From Methanobacteriota archaeon (GTDB lineage: Archaea > Thermoplasmatota > Poseidoniia > Poseidoniales > Thalassarchaeaceae): a stretch of 64,000 bases of DNA. A model generated the notes under the pieces. It ran no database searches. It was not told the DNA's origin and was given only the letters and a program-made list of their open reading frames with translations. The DNA lies in NCBI GenBank assembly GCA_018650285.1, contig JABIGF010000001.1:34072-98071 (forward strand), written 5' to 3'. Below are positions 20,292 through 29,373 of this stretch, one piece after another (position 1 is the stretch's first letter; every line of letters begins with the position of its first letter). Both the position numbers and the translations under genes were made by a program.

Positions 20292-20344
20292 AATTGCGAA
20301 ATCGCCTTAGCCAACACCCCCATTCCATTTTACGAGGAATTGAG

Positions 20345-21619
20345 ATGCGTATCGGCTTAGTCGGGAAACCAAATGTGGGAAAATCAACGACATTTTCTGC
20401 ATTAACCGAAACCGTAGTTGACATAGCAAATTATCCATTTACGACAATTGATGCAAATGTTGGTGTCACATATTTGGCAGCAAATTCTCAATGTGCTTGC
20501 AAAGAATTAGTAGCGCGCCAAACAGAGAGTGGAAGGTCTGTAGAATTATCAGAGGAGCGAAAGGGCAGCATTTGCCAACCTAGAACTGGTGCATGCAACG
20601 CTCATGTGCGTCTTGTGCCTGTCACTTTAGTAGACGTGGCGGGATTGGTTCCTGGTGCCCACCAAGGGCGTGGGAGAGGTAATCAATTTCTTTCAGACCT
20701 TGCTAGTTGTGACGCATTGATTCAGGTAGTTGATGCTTCAGGAGGAACTGATATTGAGGGTAATCCAACCGGGCCAGGCGGTTCAAAACCAGAAGAGGAA
20801 TACGAATTCTTAGTGGAGGAATTAGCCGCTTGGATTGATGGTATCATCTCAAACGGGTGGTCAAAAGCAGTTCGCCGTATTCAATCAGAAGGAGAATCTG
20901 GATTAACAAATTTTGTTTATGATCAATTGACAGGTATCGGTGCAACTCTCTTAGATATTGGAATAGCACTGGATTCATTTCGCAGAGCCAATCCCGATAT
21001 ACCATCAATTTCAGTATGGGGTGATGAAGAAAGAAGAATACTTTCGGACGTTCTTCGCCGCCAACTATTCCCATTGTATGTGGCTGCGAACAAGGCTGAT
21101 TTGGCTGAAAAAAAGGTATATTCTACATTACAAAAGCAGGTGCAATCAGCTGGTGGCCTTTTTGTAACTTGTAGCGCTGAAACTGAATTGGCACTGCGCA
21201 GGGCTTCAAAGGCGGGCGCTATTATCTATACACCAGGTGAATCGACGTTCAATGTTAATCTTGAAAGTGAGTTGAACGATGCGCAAAGAAGAGGGTTGTC
21301 TGAACTTCATGATAGAATTTCTAGAATGGATGGGACTGGATTGAATGAACTATTGAATGCGGTAGTTTTTGACCGTTTGGAACAAATAGTTGCTTACCCT
21401 GTACAAGACGAAACTCATTGGGCAGACGGAGATGGGCGAACCCTTCCTGATGCACTTTTGGTGTCTCGTGGTACGACCGCCAAAGGACTGGCGTATGCGG
21501 TTCACTCAGATTTAGGTGATGGATTCATCAAAGCACTTGATGCGAGAACAGGGCGAGTTATTGGCGCTGACCAAGAACTTGAGGACAATGATGTCATCAA
21601 GATTCACGCGAAAACCTGA
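20345..21619 (+). CDS. ychF: YchF/Obg-family translation-associated NTPase with TGS domain
   Basis: GKPNVGKST, YPFTTI, DVAGLVPGA, ANKAD, VHSDLGDGFI. Confidence 0.9.
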   Translation: MRIGLVGKPNVGKSTTFSALTETVVDIANYPFTTIDANVGVTYLAANSQCACKELVARQTESGRSVELSEERKGSICQPRTGACNAHVRLVPVTLVDVAGLVPGAHQGRGRGNQFLSDLASCDALIQVVDASGGTDIEGNPTGPGGSKPEEEYEFLVEELAAWIDGIISNGWSKAVRRIQSEGESGLTNFVYDQLTGIGATLLDIGIALDSFRRANPDIPSISVWGDEERRILSDVLRRQLFPLYVAANKADLAEKKVYSTLQKQVQSAGGLFVTCSAETELALRRASKAGAIIYTPGESTFNVNLESELNDAQRRGLSELHDRISRMDGTGLNELLNAVVFDRLEQIVAYPVQDETHWADGDGRTLPDALLVSRGTTAKGLAYAVHSDLGDGFIKALDARTGRVIGADQELEDNDVIKIHAKT

Positions 21620-21627
21620 GGTTTAAC

Positions 21628-22686
21628 TTACTCTAGGCTGTCAAAATCTGGTGCGGCTGGTAGATCATCGGCTGGAATAGTTGATGCTTCTTCAACAACT
21701 GGTGCTTCTTCGATTGTCTCTACAACTTCTTTTTCAATAACTGAATGAAGGTCAGCATCAGATTCGAGTAGGTCATCAGCATCGATGATTGATAAATTTT
21801 CAAGGTATGCATCATTTTCTTCATCGGTGAAATCATTTTTTGCATTTTTGCCCGTGCCACCTAACCTACCATAGTCGTAAGGCAGTACTAGTGAAATTAG
21901 TGTATGTTGTTCCATTCCTAGTTCGCCAACGGTTTGTAGGCGACGCAATTCGAGAAGTTCTGGGTTCTGTGCTAGTGTATTTGCTGCGTGTGCTAGATTC
22001 TTGACAGCCTCTACCTCACCTTCTGCACGGCGGAGACGTGCTTTACGCTCTCTCTGTGCTTCTGCTTCACGAGCAATTGCTCTCTGCATGTCTGTTGGAA
22101 TTACTACATCTGTAATGTCAATGCGAGTAATATCAATCCCCAGTGGTAGTGAGAAGGTATCTAGAATGTGCTCCATACGGTTAGCGATAGTCTCTCTCTT
22201 GGAAAGAAGTTCATCAAGTGTAAATTCTCCAATAACAACGCGTAGAGCTGACATTGTTGCTTGCCGAATGACAGTTGCAGGGTCTGATACCGCTAGAACT
22301 GAAGTCATTGGGTCAATAACCTTCCAATAGACGACACCATCCACTTTGATACTAACATTGTCTCTTGTGATGCAAATTTGTCCAGGGACGTTCTCTGGAC
22401 GGTCACGAATATCAACAGCCAAAAACTCATCAATTATTGGCCAGCGGAAACCAAGTCCTACCGGATTCACCTTCACTGGCTTTCCGAAGCGGAACTTGAT
22501 ACCTCTCTCATATTGGTCAAAGACGGTAATCCATCCACGTCGTGGCCAAGTACCTCTTGGTGGGTATGCAGTTGGTTCTCCACCAGATGCAGCAAACATC
22601 CCACCAGCGGCTTTCAATCCAAGAATGATAAGTGCTCCAATTAAACCTAAGGCGGCACCGCAAAACAATTCAACAATAATTGCCAT
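21628..22686 (-). CDS. SPFH/band 7 (stomatin-like) protein with acidic tail
   Basis: YERGIKFRFG, ITRDNVSIKVDGVVYWKV, AREAEAQRE, LRRLQT. Confidence 0.9.
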   Translation of the reverse strand: MAIIVELFCGAALGLIGALIILGLKAAGGMFAASGGEPTAYPPRGTWPRRGWITVFDQYERGIKFRFGKPVKVNPVGLGFRWPIIDEFLAVDIRDRPENVPGQICITRDNVSIKVDGVVYWKVIDPMTSVLAVSDPATVIRQATMSALRVVIGEFTLDELLSKRETIANRMEHILDTFSLPLGIDITRIDITDVVIPTDMQRAIAREAEAQRERKARLRRAEGEVEAVKNLAHAANTLAQNPELLELRRLQTVGELGMEQHTLISLVLPYDYGRLGGTGKNAKNDFTDEENDAYLENLSIIDADDLLESDADLHSVIEKEVVETIEEAPVVEEASTIPADDLPAAPDFDSLE

Positions 22687-23465
22687 TATTTACCGCCCCC
22701 TGAAAGGAATTCACCAAGAGGACCAGAACTGAAGTCTAGTAAAGTATCTGGTAACATCATGATGCGGGTTGCATTGTTTTCTGCACCCACTTCTGAAAGC
22801 ACTTGAAGTCGGCGTAGTTCCATCAATGCTGGGAAGCGAGCAAACAATTCCTCTGCTTCTGCTAACTTGCTTGCCGATTCACGCTCTGCACTTGCCTTGA
22901 TGACTCTAGAACGTGCCTCTCTGTCCGCTTCTGCTTCTTTGGCCATTGCTCGAGTTAAATCGTGAGGAAGTTGCATGTCTGTTAATTCAACATGACGTAC
23001 ATCAATTCCCCATGGGTCTGTGGCGTCATCAAGATTGGTTCTAATTCTCTCAGCAACCTGTTCTCTTTCTTGAAGAACTTCGTCAAGTGGAACTGAACCA
23101 AACACATCTCGAAGGGCACCCATTGCTGCCATTCCAATAGATGCTCGTGCGTTTGTCACCTTGTTGACAGCATCACCAGGGTCTCGTACGCGATAGAAGA
23201 TAACGGCGTCAATAGTCAATGAAATGTTATCCTTTGTAACCACTGATTGTCCTGGTACGTCATTAATGAGTAGGCGCATATCCCATCTCACTAAACGGTC
23301 AAAGAATGGGACTACAAATCTAATTCCTGGTTTCAATATTCCACGATAAGTTCCAAGTCGGAATACAACAGCCCCTTCCCAATGTTTGATGATTTTGAGA
23401 AAACTCCCAAAAAACATTGCCAATACAAAAGTTACGATACCAACGAAGAAGAAGGTGACTGCCAT
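22686..23465 (-). CDS. SPFH/band 7 (stomatin-like) protein
   Basis: VVFRLG, VTKDNISLTIDAVIFYRV, WGIDV, AKEAEADRE, LRRLQ. Confidence 0.9.
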   Translation of the reverse strand: MAVTFFFVGIVTFVLAMFFGSFLKIIKHWEGAVVFRLGTYRGILKPGIRFVVPFFDRLVRWDMRLLINDVPGQSVVTKDNISLTIDAVIFYRVRDPGDAVNKVTNARASIGMAAMGALRDVFGSVPLDEVLQEREQVAERIRTNLDDATDPWGIDVRHVELTDMQLPHDLTRAMAKEAEADREARSRVIKASAERESASKLAEAEELFARFPALMELRRLQVLSEVGAENNATRIMMLPDTLLDFSSGPLGEFLSGGGK

Positions 23466-23556
23466 GTACCGGTGGCAATTATTCTATGATATGAGCATAT
23501 CCCCGACATTCTTCAAAATTAATAATTAGGCGATATAGCAAATTAATAAATTGTTA

Positions 23557-24300
23557 TCAAATGTTGAATAATAGCCATTCAATTGCCTGTTTCATAAACA
23601 ACAAATTATCGCCTTGTTCAATGTAGCCATTTGCCGCAATGTTGCTATCTCCGACGACTAACAAACGGCCATTCAGTTCACTAGCTGCGGCTATTGGTAA
23701 TTCGCCTTGTACTTCATCATCATCTAATGTAGAATCTAAATCAACATCACCAAATGATGTTGCGAAAGTTGATGCCAATGCAACTGCATCGTCTTTTACA
23801 CGAAGTGAACAGCCAGAGAAGTAGATAATTTCGTCAAGACCCTCGGTCACAGGATGGTTAGCGAAATTTTGGATACGCACATAATGAGGAATCGCCTGTT
23901 CTCCAAGAACTACGCCTCCAAGTTCTACTTTTTGAGTCACATGTTCTTCATGATCGGTCACTCGGTCTTTTTGCAATTCAATACCAAAAGGAATTGTAAG
24001 TTGGTTGAGGTAATCAATATGGCCATACAAATCTCCCCACTCTGCTAGCAGAAATACAGATTTTCCATCACGCAAATGTGTTTGAAGCGCCATCATTTCT
24101 TCAACTGAAAATTTATGCTTTGGAAATGGAATAATGATAACATCCCATGGAAGATTTTGAGTGACATCATACTCACTGTTGATAATTTCTAATGTGTGGT
24201 CTTCTTTTTCAAGAAGGCTTGCTAAAGAAGTTAGGCCATCCGCATCAGGGTTTGCCATAGAAGGACCCATGTGGTATTCATCGAATCCGATGAGCCCCAT
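23557..24300 (-). CDS. GIFT/GldG/DUF4350-like (glutamine amidotransferase-like fold) protein
   Basis: FDEYH, HPVTEGL, GRLLVVGDSN, DNLLF motifs. Confidence 0.7.
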   Translation of the reverse strand: MGLIGFDEYHMGPSMANPDADGLTSLASLLEKEDHTLEIINSEYDVTQNLPWDVIIIPFPKHKFSVEEMMALQTHLRDGKSVFLLAEWGDLYGHIDYLNQLTIPFGIELQKDRVTDHEEHVTQKVELGGVVLGEQAIPHYVRIQNFANHPVTEGLDEIIYFSGCSLRVKDDAVALASTFATSFGDVDLDSTLDDDEVQGELPIAAASELNGRLLVVGDSNIAANGYIEQGDNLLFMKQAIEWLLFNI

Positions 24301-24310
24301 CCATTCACCT

Positions 24311-25024
24311 TCAGATGTCCTCTGCTACGGCTGTGATTTCAAGGGTGTAAAGGACAGCACGCCATGATACTGTGACGTCTTCATCATTATCTAATTCAAG
24401 GGGGTTTAATACACCCCCAAGGTTCTGTACATTGAGTGTTACAGAAGTCAACCATTCACCGGTTCCATTGCCACCATCTGTCCATTGCGCCTCAATGTCA
24501 TTCTTGCTAACGCCATCAGCGATGTAGGATGCGCCATCCCATGCGGGTGTGATTTGAATTGTGAAACTCACAGCATCTCCATTACAAGAGCCGCTACCGG
24601 ATTCATCATCAGGAGTTCCTTCAACTTCAGAAAAATCAGTTTGTACATCAACAGAATCAGTTGCCCCAGGGCCTGGTTCATCATTGTCATTGCAACTGAC
24701 AGTGATTTCGACATATCCAATCATCATGTCACCAGAATCTAGGTCAAAGAAGAAATCACCTTGTTCGCCATCACCAAGATTCATTGTTTCATCAGAGGTG
24801 AGATTATCTTGAATGAAATCGACATTCCATTTTCCCTTTGCTCCAACCGCTCCGCCACCGGCAGCATCAGATGTTGATGCCATGAATGAAAAATAGGCTG
24901 GGAATACAATTGCGAAAACAATTGAAACAACCAATATTGTGATTGCTCTTTGAGAGCCAAATAATTTGTCTGACAACGACACGCCCACGCCTCCAACAAT
25001 TGGTGGGGGCCCTTGTTTTATCAA
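24311..25024 (-). CDS. Membrane-anchored acidic extracellular protein
   Basis: N-terminal TM helix, then acidic beta-rich domain. Start may lie further in. Confidence 0.6.
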   Translation of the reverse strand: MIKQGPPPIVGGVGVSLSDKLFGSQRAITILVVSIVFAIVFPAYFSFMASTSDAAGGGAVGAKGKWNVDFIQDNLTSDETMNLGDGEQGDFFFDLDSGDMMIGYVEITVSCNDNDEPGPGATDSVDVQTDFSEVEGTPDDESGSGSCNGDAVSFTIQITPAWDGASYIADGVSKNDIEAQWTDGGNGTGEWLTSVTLNVQNLGGVLNPLELDNDEDVTVSWRAVLYTLEITAVAEDI

Positions 25025-25041
25025 TGTGCCACCGGAGGGTG

Positions 25042-25560
25042 TTATTCTTCTTCATCAGGAAGTAGCCAATTATTGGGTGGCCAACTTGGCAAATTTTGGT
25101 CGGGCCAACTACCTTTTTTGACTTCAACTCCCTGGTTTCTAAAAGTCTTCTTTGACCTCCCCCAAACAGGCAACAGGAAGCCAATTGTGGAGCGTTCACC
25201 AAATGACCATTTCCATGGGCAACGAGGAAGTCGTGAGGACCATTGTGCGAAAAGTTTCCGCCATTCGTCTTCTAATTCATTTGGAATTAACCATTCAACA
25301 ATCGTTAGTGAGCCAGCAGCACCTTGGACATGACTGTAAGCTTCCATAGCCACTTCTTTGAGAGGCCCATTTTCTATGACCATGCCAATTGTCCTTGCAC
25401 CTTGTGCCAATGGGACAATAACAGCCCATCTATCGACAAGACGACTACCATGGATTCTACGAGCAGACCAATTTGCTTCAATGATTAATTGTCGAAAAGC
25501 CCTGACAGCGTCAGTTGGTGAGATACAAGTCTCAACCTTGAGGTGTCGTGGTGCGGCCAT
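25042..25560 (-). CDS. Hypothetical Trp/Pro-rich protein
   Basis: ATG-started ORF that fits the minus-strand gene run. Confidence 0.6.
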   Translation of the reverse strand: MAAPRHLKVETCISPTDAVRAFRQLIIEANWSARRIHGSRLVDRWAVIVPLAQGARTIGMVIENGPLKEVAMEAYSHVQGAAGSLTIVEWLIPNELEDEWRKLFAQWSSRLPRCPWKWSFGERSTIGFLLPVWGRSKKTFRNQGVEVKKGSWPDQNLPSWPPNNWLLPDEEE

Positions 25561-25703
25561 ATCTATCGCTCACGCTCCTTAGTGATAATCGATTGCACTA
25601 ATTTGTTGTGGTGAAGTACTAAGTGAATTGCTGTGTTGTTGAGCATTCGCACTAGATAGCATACCGCGTAGGCGGCGAGCAAAGTTCAGTCGTTGTTTAC
25701 AAC

Positions 25704-26009
25704 TCAGCCGAATAGAGAGCCAAGACCCTCGAATTCAGCGCCGTCGTCCTCATCTTCCTCTGCAGCAGCTTCCTCTTCAGGAGCAGCTTCAGCGGCAGTA
25801 GAACCACCAGCAGCTGGTGCGGCAACCGGTGCAGCGACAGCAGCGCTCATCGCTTCTCCGATGTCAACGTCACTTAGGCTAGCAACGAGCGCTTTTACGC
25901 GCGCGTCGTCAGCAGAGACGCCAGCGGCCTTTAGGACCGCACCGACATTCTTTTCGTTGATCTCATTCTCAGCCGAGTGCAACAACATTGCAGTATATAC
26001 ATATTCCAT
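25704..26009 (-). CDS. rpl12: 50S ribosomal protein L12 (P1)
   Basis: [11 protein letters not shown]...; Ala/Glu hinge; GLGSLFG terminus. Confidence 0.95.
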   Translation of the reverse strand: MEYVYTAMLLHSAENEINEKNVGAVLKAAGVSADDARVKALVASLSDVDIGEAMSAAVAAPVAAPAAGGSTAAEAAPEEEAAAEEDEDDGAEFEGLGSLFG

Positions 26010-26024
26010 TTTTTTCACTTCCTT

Positions 26025-27035
26025 TTAACCAAATAGGTCACCGAGGCCATCAAAGGCCCCTTCTTCTTCTTCCGGCTCGGCTTCTTCAGCAGCGGCTTCA
26101 GGAGCCGCTGCCTCAGTAGGTGCAGCGGCAACGGCTGTTGCTGCTGAACCGAGCATACTCGATAGTTCATCATCGAGTGCGGAAGAATCTAGTTGGCCCG
26201 CAAGGGCCATTGCACGCGCATTTGCACGAGCGATGAATAGAGGCACAGTTTCACTGTTAGTGACACCAGCCTCGACAGCGACAGAGAGCGCCTCGCTCTT
26301 TGCCTTTGATAGGAGTACGGGCATTGTTTCTGGTGTGAACCAGCGTACATTGCAAGCAACATTGAATGAGCCTGATACAGCTTGTGCAATTTTGTTGCGG
26401 AATCCATCAAGGTCAAGGTCAAGGTCTTCAGTAGGCATCAAGATTCCATCTTGAATTGCACCACAGAGAATAATTCCGATTTCAATCGGCTTGATTCCAA
26501 GTTTGTCAAGCATTAGACCAAGGTCACCAGGAATTGAGTCACCTGCATTTACAACAGTAACCGTTTTTTGAATCATTACCTTACCTTTGTCAATCTTTGC
26601 AGGAATACCGACTGCTGAAAGTTCTCCAACAATTGGTCCAGGTGCGAAATCAGTTACACCTTCTTCAACAATAATGTCTTGTGGTGCGATATCACCTTCT
26701 TTTGCAGAGCGACCAGTTCGGGTCTTTTCGAGTTCGTTGAATAATTGAAAAGCATTCAATTGCGATGTATGGACAAGTACAGGTTGATCAGCCTTTGCCA
26801 TCATCTCTTCTAGCATAGCATCGTCCAAACCAACCTCTTTCCATGCTATACGGAAGAGTGTCTTCTTTGCCATTGTTAGAGTCATATCGCTCTTTCGTAG
26901 TTCTGCACGCATTCCTAGCATTGCAGTTGCTGGGACTCCAGTAGTATCAACGATTCCAAGAACTCCATCCTTCTTGAGAAGATCAGTAAGGTCAGACACG
27001 CGGTCTCTTTTCCAGCCCATGACTTTTGGAATCAT
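26025..27035 (-). CDS. rplP0: 50S ribosomal protein L10 (P0)
   Basis: WK..V, T.FAPGPIVGEL, LGIKPIEIG, GLGDLFG; ATGA overlap with the rpl1 stop. Confidence 0.95.
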   Translation of the reverse strand: MIPKVMGWKRDRVSDLTDLLKKDGVLGIVDTTGVPATAMLGMRAELRKSDMTLTMAKKTLFRIAWKEVGLDDAMLEEMMAKADQPVLVHTSQLNAFQLFNELEKTRTGRSAKEGDIAPQDIIVEEGVTDFAPGPIVGELSAVGIPAKIDKGKVMIQKTVTVVNAGDSIPGDLGLMLDKLGIKPIEIGIILCGAIQDGILMPTEDLDLDLDGFRNKIAQAVSGSFNVACNVRWFTPETMPVLLSKAKSEALSVAVEAGVTNSETVPLFIARANARAMALAGQLDSSALDDELSSMLGSAATAVAAAPTEAAAPEAAAEEAEPEEEEGAFDGLGDLFG

Positions 27036-27679
27036 CCGCCTTCCACCTCCACTTTGATAGAAGGACCCATGCTGGTTTTGATGTATAGTGAACGAATGTT
27101 TCCTACACCACGTTCCAATTTGGATGTTACACGCTTCCACATTTCAATGGCATTTGCTGTAATGTTTTCTTCAGATTGTGTACGGGAACCAACAATTGTG
27201 TGGAAAGTAACTCTATCACGGCTACGGATAATTGCTGTGCTCTGTAGACCAGAAGCAATCATGCCAGGGTCAACATTTGGTGGGACTGGGCGAGGCATTT
27301 TACCACGTGGACCTAGAACAATACCGAGGTATCGTCCGATGGTCGCCATGTGAGGTACTTCAGAGAGGAAGAAGTCGTGCCTTTTTGCTAATTTTCGAGC
27401 CTTCTGACGGTTACCACCCAAATCTTCAATTTGACTTGGATCAATAACGACTAAGCCAGCTTCTTTTGCTTTGGTAGCCATTTCACCACCAGCAAAGATT
27501 GCGATGCTGATTTCTTTACCGCGCCCGTGTGGGAGACGTACATTTTCTTCAATTCTGTTTGAAGGATTCTTCAAATCAACATCTTTGATGGTAAAAGCCA
27601 TCTCAATGCTTTCAACGAACTTGCGCTCAGGAGCCATTTCTAGCGCCTTTTTTATTGCTTCATTAATTTTGTTTTCCAT
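27032..27679 (-). CDS. rpl1: 50S ribosomal protein L1
   Basis: RKFVESIE, LPHGRG, LGPRGKMP, IKTSMGP; SD GAGGTGA. Confidence 0.95.
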   Translation of the reverse strand: MENKINEAIKKALEMAPERKFVESIEMAFTIKDVDLKNPSNRIEENVRLPHGRGKEISIAIFAGGEMATKAKEAGLVVIDPSQIEDLGGNRQKARKLAKRHDFFLSEVPHMATIGRYLGIVLGPRGKMPRPVPPNVDPGMIASGLQSTAIIRSRDRVTFHTIVGSRTQSEENITANAIEMWKRVTSKLERGVGNIRSLYIKTSMGPSIKVEVEGG

Positions 27680-27691
27680 TTTTCTCACCTC

Positions 27692-27720
27692 TGCGGTAAA
27701 CGAGGTTTCCCTCTCCCGCA
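27692..27720 (-). promoter_or_regulatory. Putative L1-binding autoregulatory mRNA hairpin
   Basis: UGCGG-GAG-AGG-GAAA-CCU-CGUUUA-CCGCA has the asymmetric-loop layout of L1 target sites and abuts the rpl1 SD. Confidence 0.75.
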
Positions 27721-27732
27721 ATTCGTGGTTGT

Positions 27733-28038
27733 TTAATTGAATCTGCTATCATGTTCTCCTGCTTTTACTTGCTTGATGAAATCTTTTGGCACGATGCCTT
27801 CGATATGGCAGCGCATTGATACGCATGTTCCCATGACTTCTAATGAACGCTGCTTGACACCTACGCCTGTCAAATCATCCGCCTTCTCTTTTGAAATTGT
27901 AATAATTTGGTCGAGTGTAATGTTGTGAACTTCTGGGTCTGAGCCGGTATCAGTTTCACCTTCCCATGAGCCATTGAATTTCTTACCCTTGCCAATAACG
28001 GCGGTGCGAATGCGTCTTGCTGTCCAGTTGTCTGACAT
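27733..28038 (-). CDS. rpl11: 50S ribosomal protein L11, C-terminal rRNA-binding domain only
   Basis: ITLDQIITISKEK, EVMGTCVSM, IEG..PKDFIKQV; syntenic position; own SD GAGGTGA; 101 aa. Confidence 0.85.
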   Translation of the reverse strand: MSDNWTARRIRTAVIGKGKKFNGSWEGETDTGSDPEVHNITLDQIITISKEKADDLTGVGVKQRSLEVMGTCVSMRCHIEGIVPKDFIKQVKAGEHDSRFN

Positions 28039-28103
28039 TGATTCACCTCACTATTTTGGTTTCGGCCGACCTGCTTCCCCTATTTAACCGCCGCGAGTTA
28101 CTC

Positions 28104-29036
28104 TCAGTTGACGCGCTCCGTAACATGCACATTATCAGCACGCATTGTAATTGGGATTGGTATTGCAGCATCGAACAACTCAACAGTGACTTCTTCTTTG
28201 CCTTCTTCAACACCTGTTACGCGTGCTCGGTTGCCCTTGAAATGACCAACTCTAATTTCCACAATACTTCCAACTTGAATGCCAGCAGTTGCAGATTTAG
28301 GTTCTAGATAATTGGAAACAACAGCGAGTGGTGCTTCACCAGGCAATACCTTTGCAGCTCCTCTCATTCGTGTAGTGTCATTTCCAGCGACTCCAATTAA
28401 TTTCTCAACATGGTGTTTTGCGCTTGCTTCAACGAAAATATATCCGCGCATGAGGCGTGGGTGAATTACAGAAAATACTTCGCCTTGAACATCTCTCAAA
28501 GATCCTGTTCCTGAAAGGCGAGCACGCACCTCATTTGCAATCTTCTGTTCTTGACCAATTGTGGTCTTTAGCATGTAAAGGAAACCAGCAACGTCACCAT
28601 ACATATCACCAAGTTGTGAAACGGTGGGCCGTGGTTGCATAGAACTGATATCATCAGCATCTTCAATCTCATCTGGGCTCAATACATTGAGAAAACCGGG
28701 GTCAATCCACATTGCCTCTTCGTAGAGAGTTCTTGGCTCCATGACATTGGTGTCACTAATCATTAGAATTGGAGTGACTTCGTTTAGGCGGTTTCCAAAC
28801 TCAATACCACGTGCAGCACCCTTGCGGACAAAAGTTAACGATTCCTGAGTGATACCAGTTGAATCTTCAATTCTCATGTAAACATCATCTAGGTCACCTT
28901 CTAGGTTTCCAACACCATAGATGCCGTCCCAAGAGTTTGCAAAATCTGCAACGCCTTCACTGCGTTTTAGCAATAGCAATTTATCCTCGAAGCGAATGAA
29001 TACAATAAATCCATCAGACATTTTTTTATCCCCCAT
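28104..29036 (-). CDS. spt5: Transcription elongation factor Spt5 with N-terminal Nudix-like domain
   Basis: NGN (KTTIGQE, RGYIFVEA) and KOW (GSIVEIRVGHFKGNRARV, VTVELFDAAIPIPIT); about 150-aa N-terminal extension. Start at 29036 or 29021. Confidence 0.9.
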   Translation of the reverse strand: MGDKKMSDGFIVFIRFEDKLLLLKRSEGVADFANSWDGIYGVGNLEGDLDDVYMRIEDSTGITQESLTFVRKGAARGIEFGNRLNEVTPILMISDTNVMEPRTLYEEAMWIDPGFLNVLSPDEIEDADDISSMQPRPTVSQLGDMYGDVAGFLYMLKTTIGQEQKIANEVRARLSGTGSLRDVQGEVFSVIHPRLMRGYIFVEASAKHHVEKLIGVAGNDTTRMRGAAKVLPGEAPLAVVSNYLEPKSATAGIQVGSIVEIRVGHFKGNRARVTGVEEGKEEVTVELFDAAIPIPITMRADNVHVTERVN

Positions 29037-29048
29037 CCCACAAAAGTT

Positions 29049-29312
29049 TCAGCCGATTAACCAACCGAAGAACTTTGGTAATTCAGTATCCATTAACCAC
29101 AGCATTACGAAGCCGATGAAACCAAGAACAAACATACCGATTCCACAAACCCAAACGGTTTGTCTAAATTCTGCCTTGGTTGGTTTGCGTGCCATTCGAA
29201 TAATTCGAGCCCATGAACCGCGACCAAAACTGCGCACCCATGTTTCAAACTGGTCTTGCCGAGCCTGAACTCGGTCTTCAAAGGACTTGCTGACAGAGTC
29301 ATCACTGGACAT
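29049..29312 (-). CDS. secE: Protein translocase SecE/Sec61-gamma
   Basis: ARIIRMARKPTKAEF, then a TM helix; syntenic between ftsZ and spt5. Confidence 0.92.
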   Translation of the reverse strand: MSSDDSVSKSFEDRVQARQDQFETWVRSFGRGSWARIIRMARKPTKAEFRQTVWVCGIGMFVLGFIGFVMLWLMDTELPKFFGWLIG

Positions 29313-29373
29313 AACTGAACCCCTTTAGGGTTCATGCCGACATGGGGGCCCTCTTTAACATCAACGCTTCAAA

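Noticed and set aside
28039-28103. Frameshifted or hidden L11 N-terminal domain
   Set aside because: Only 65 nt, containing a TATA-like element, an SD and an in-frame stop.
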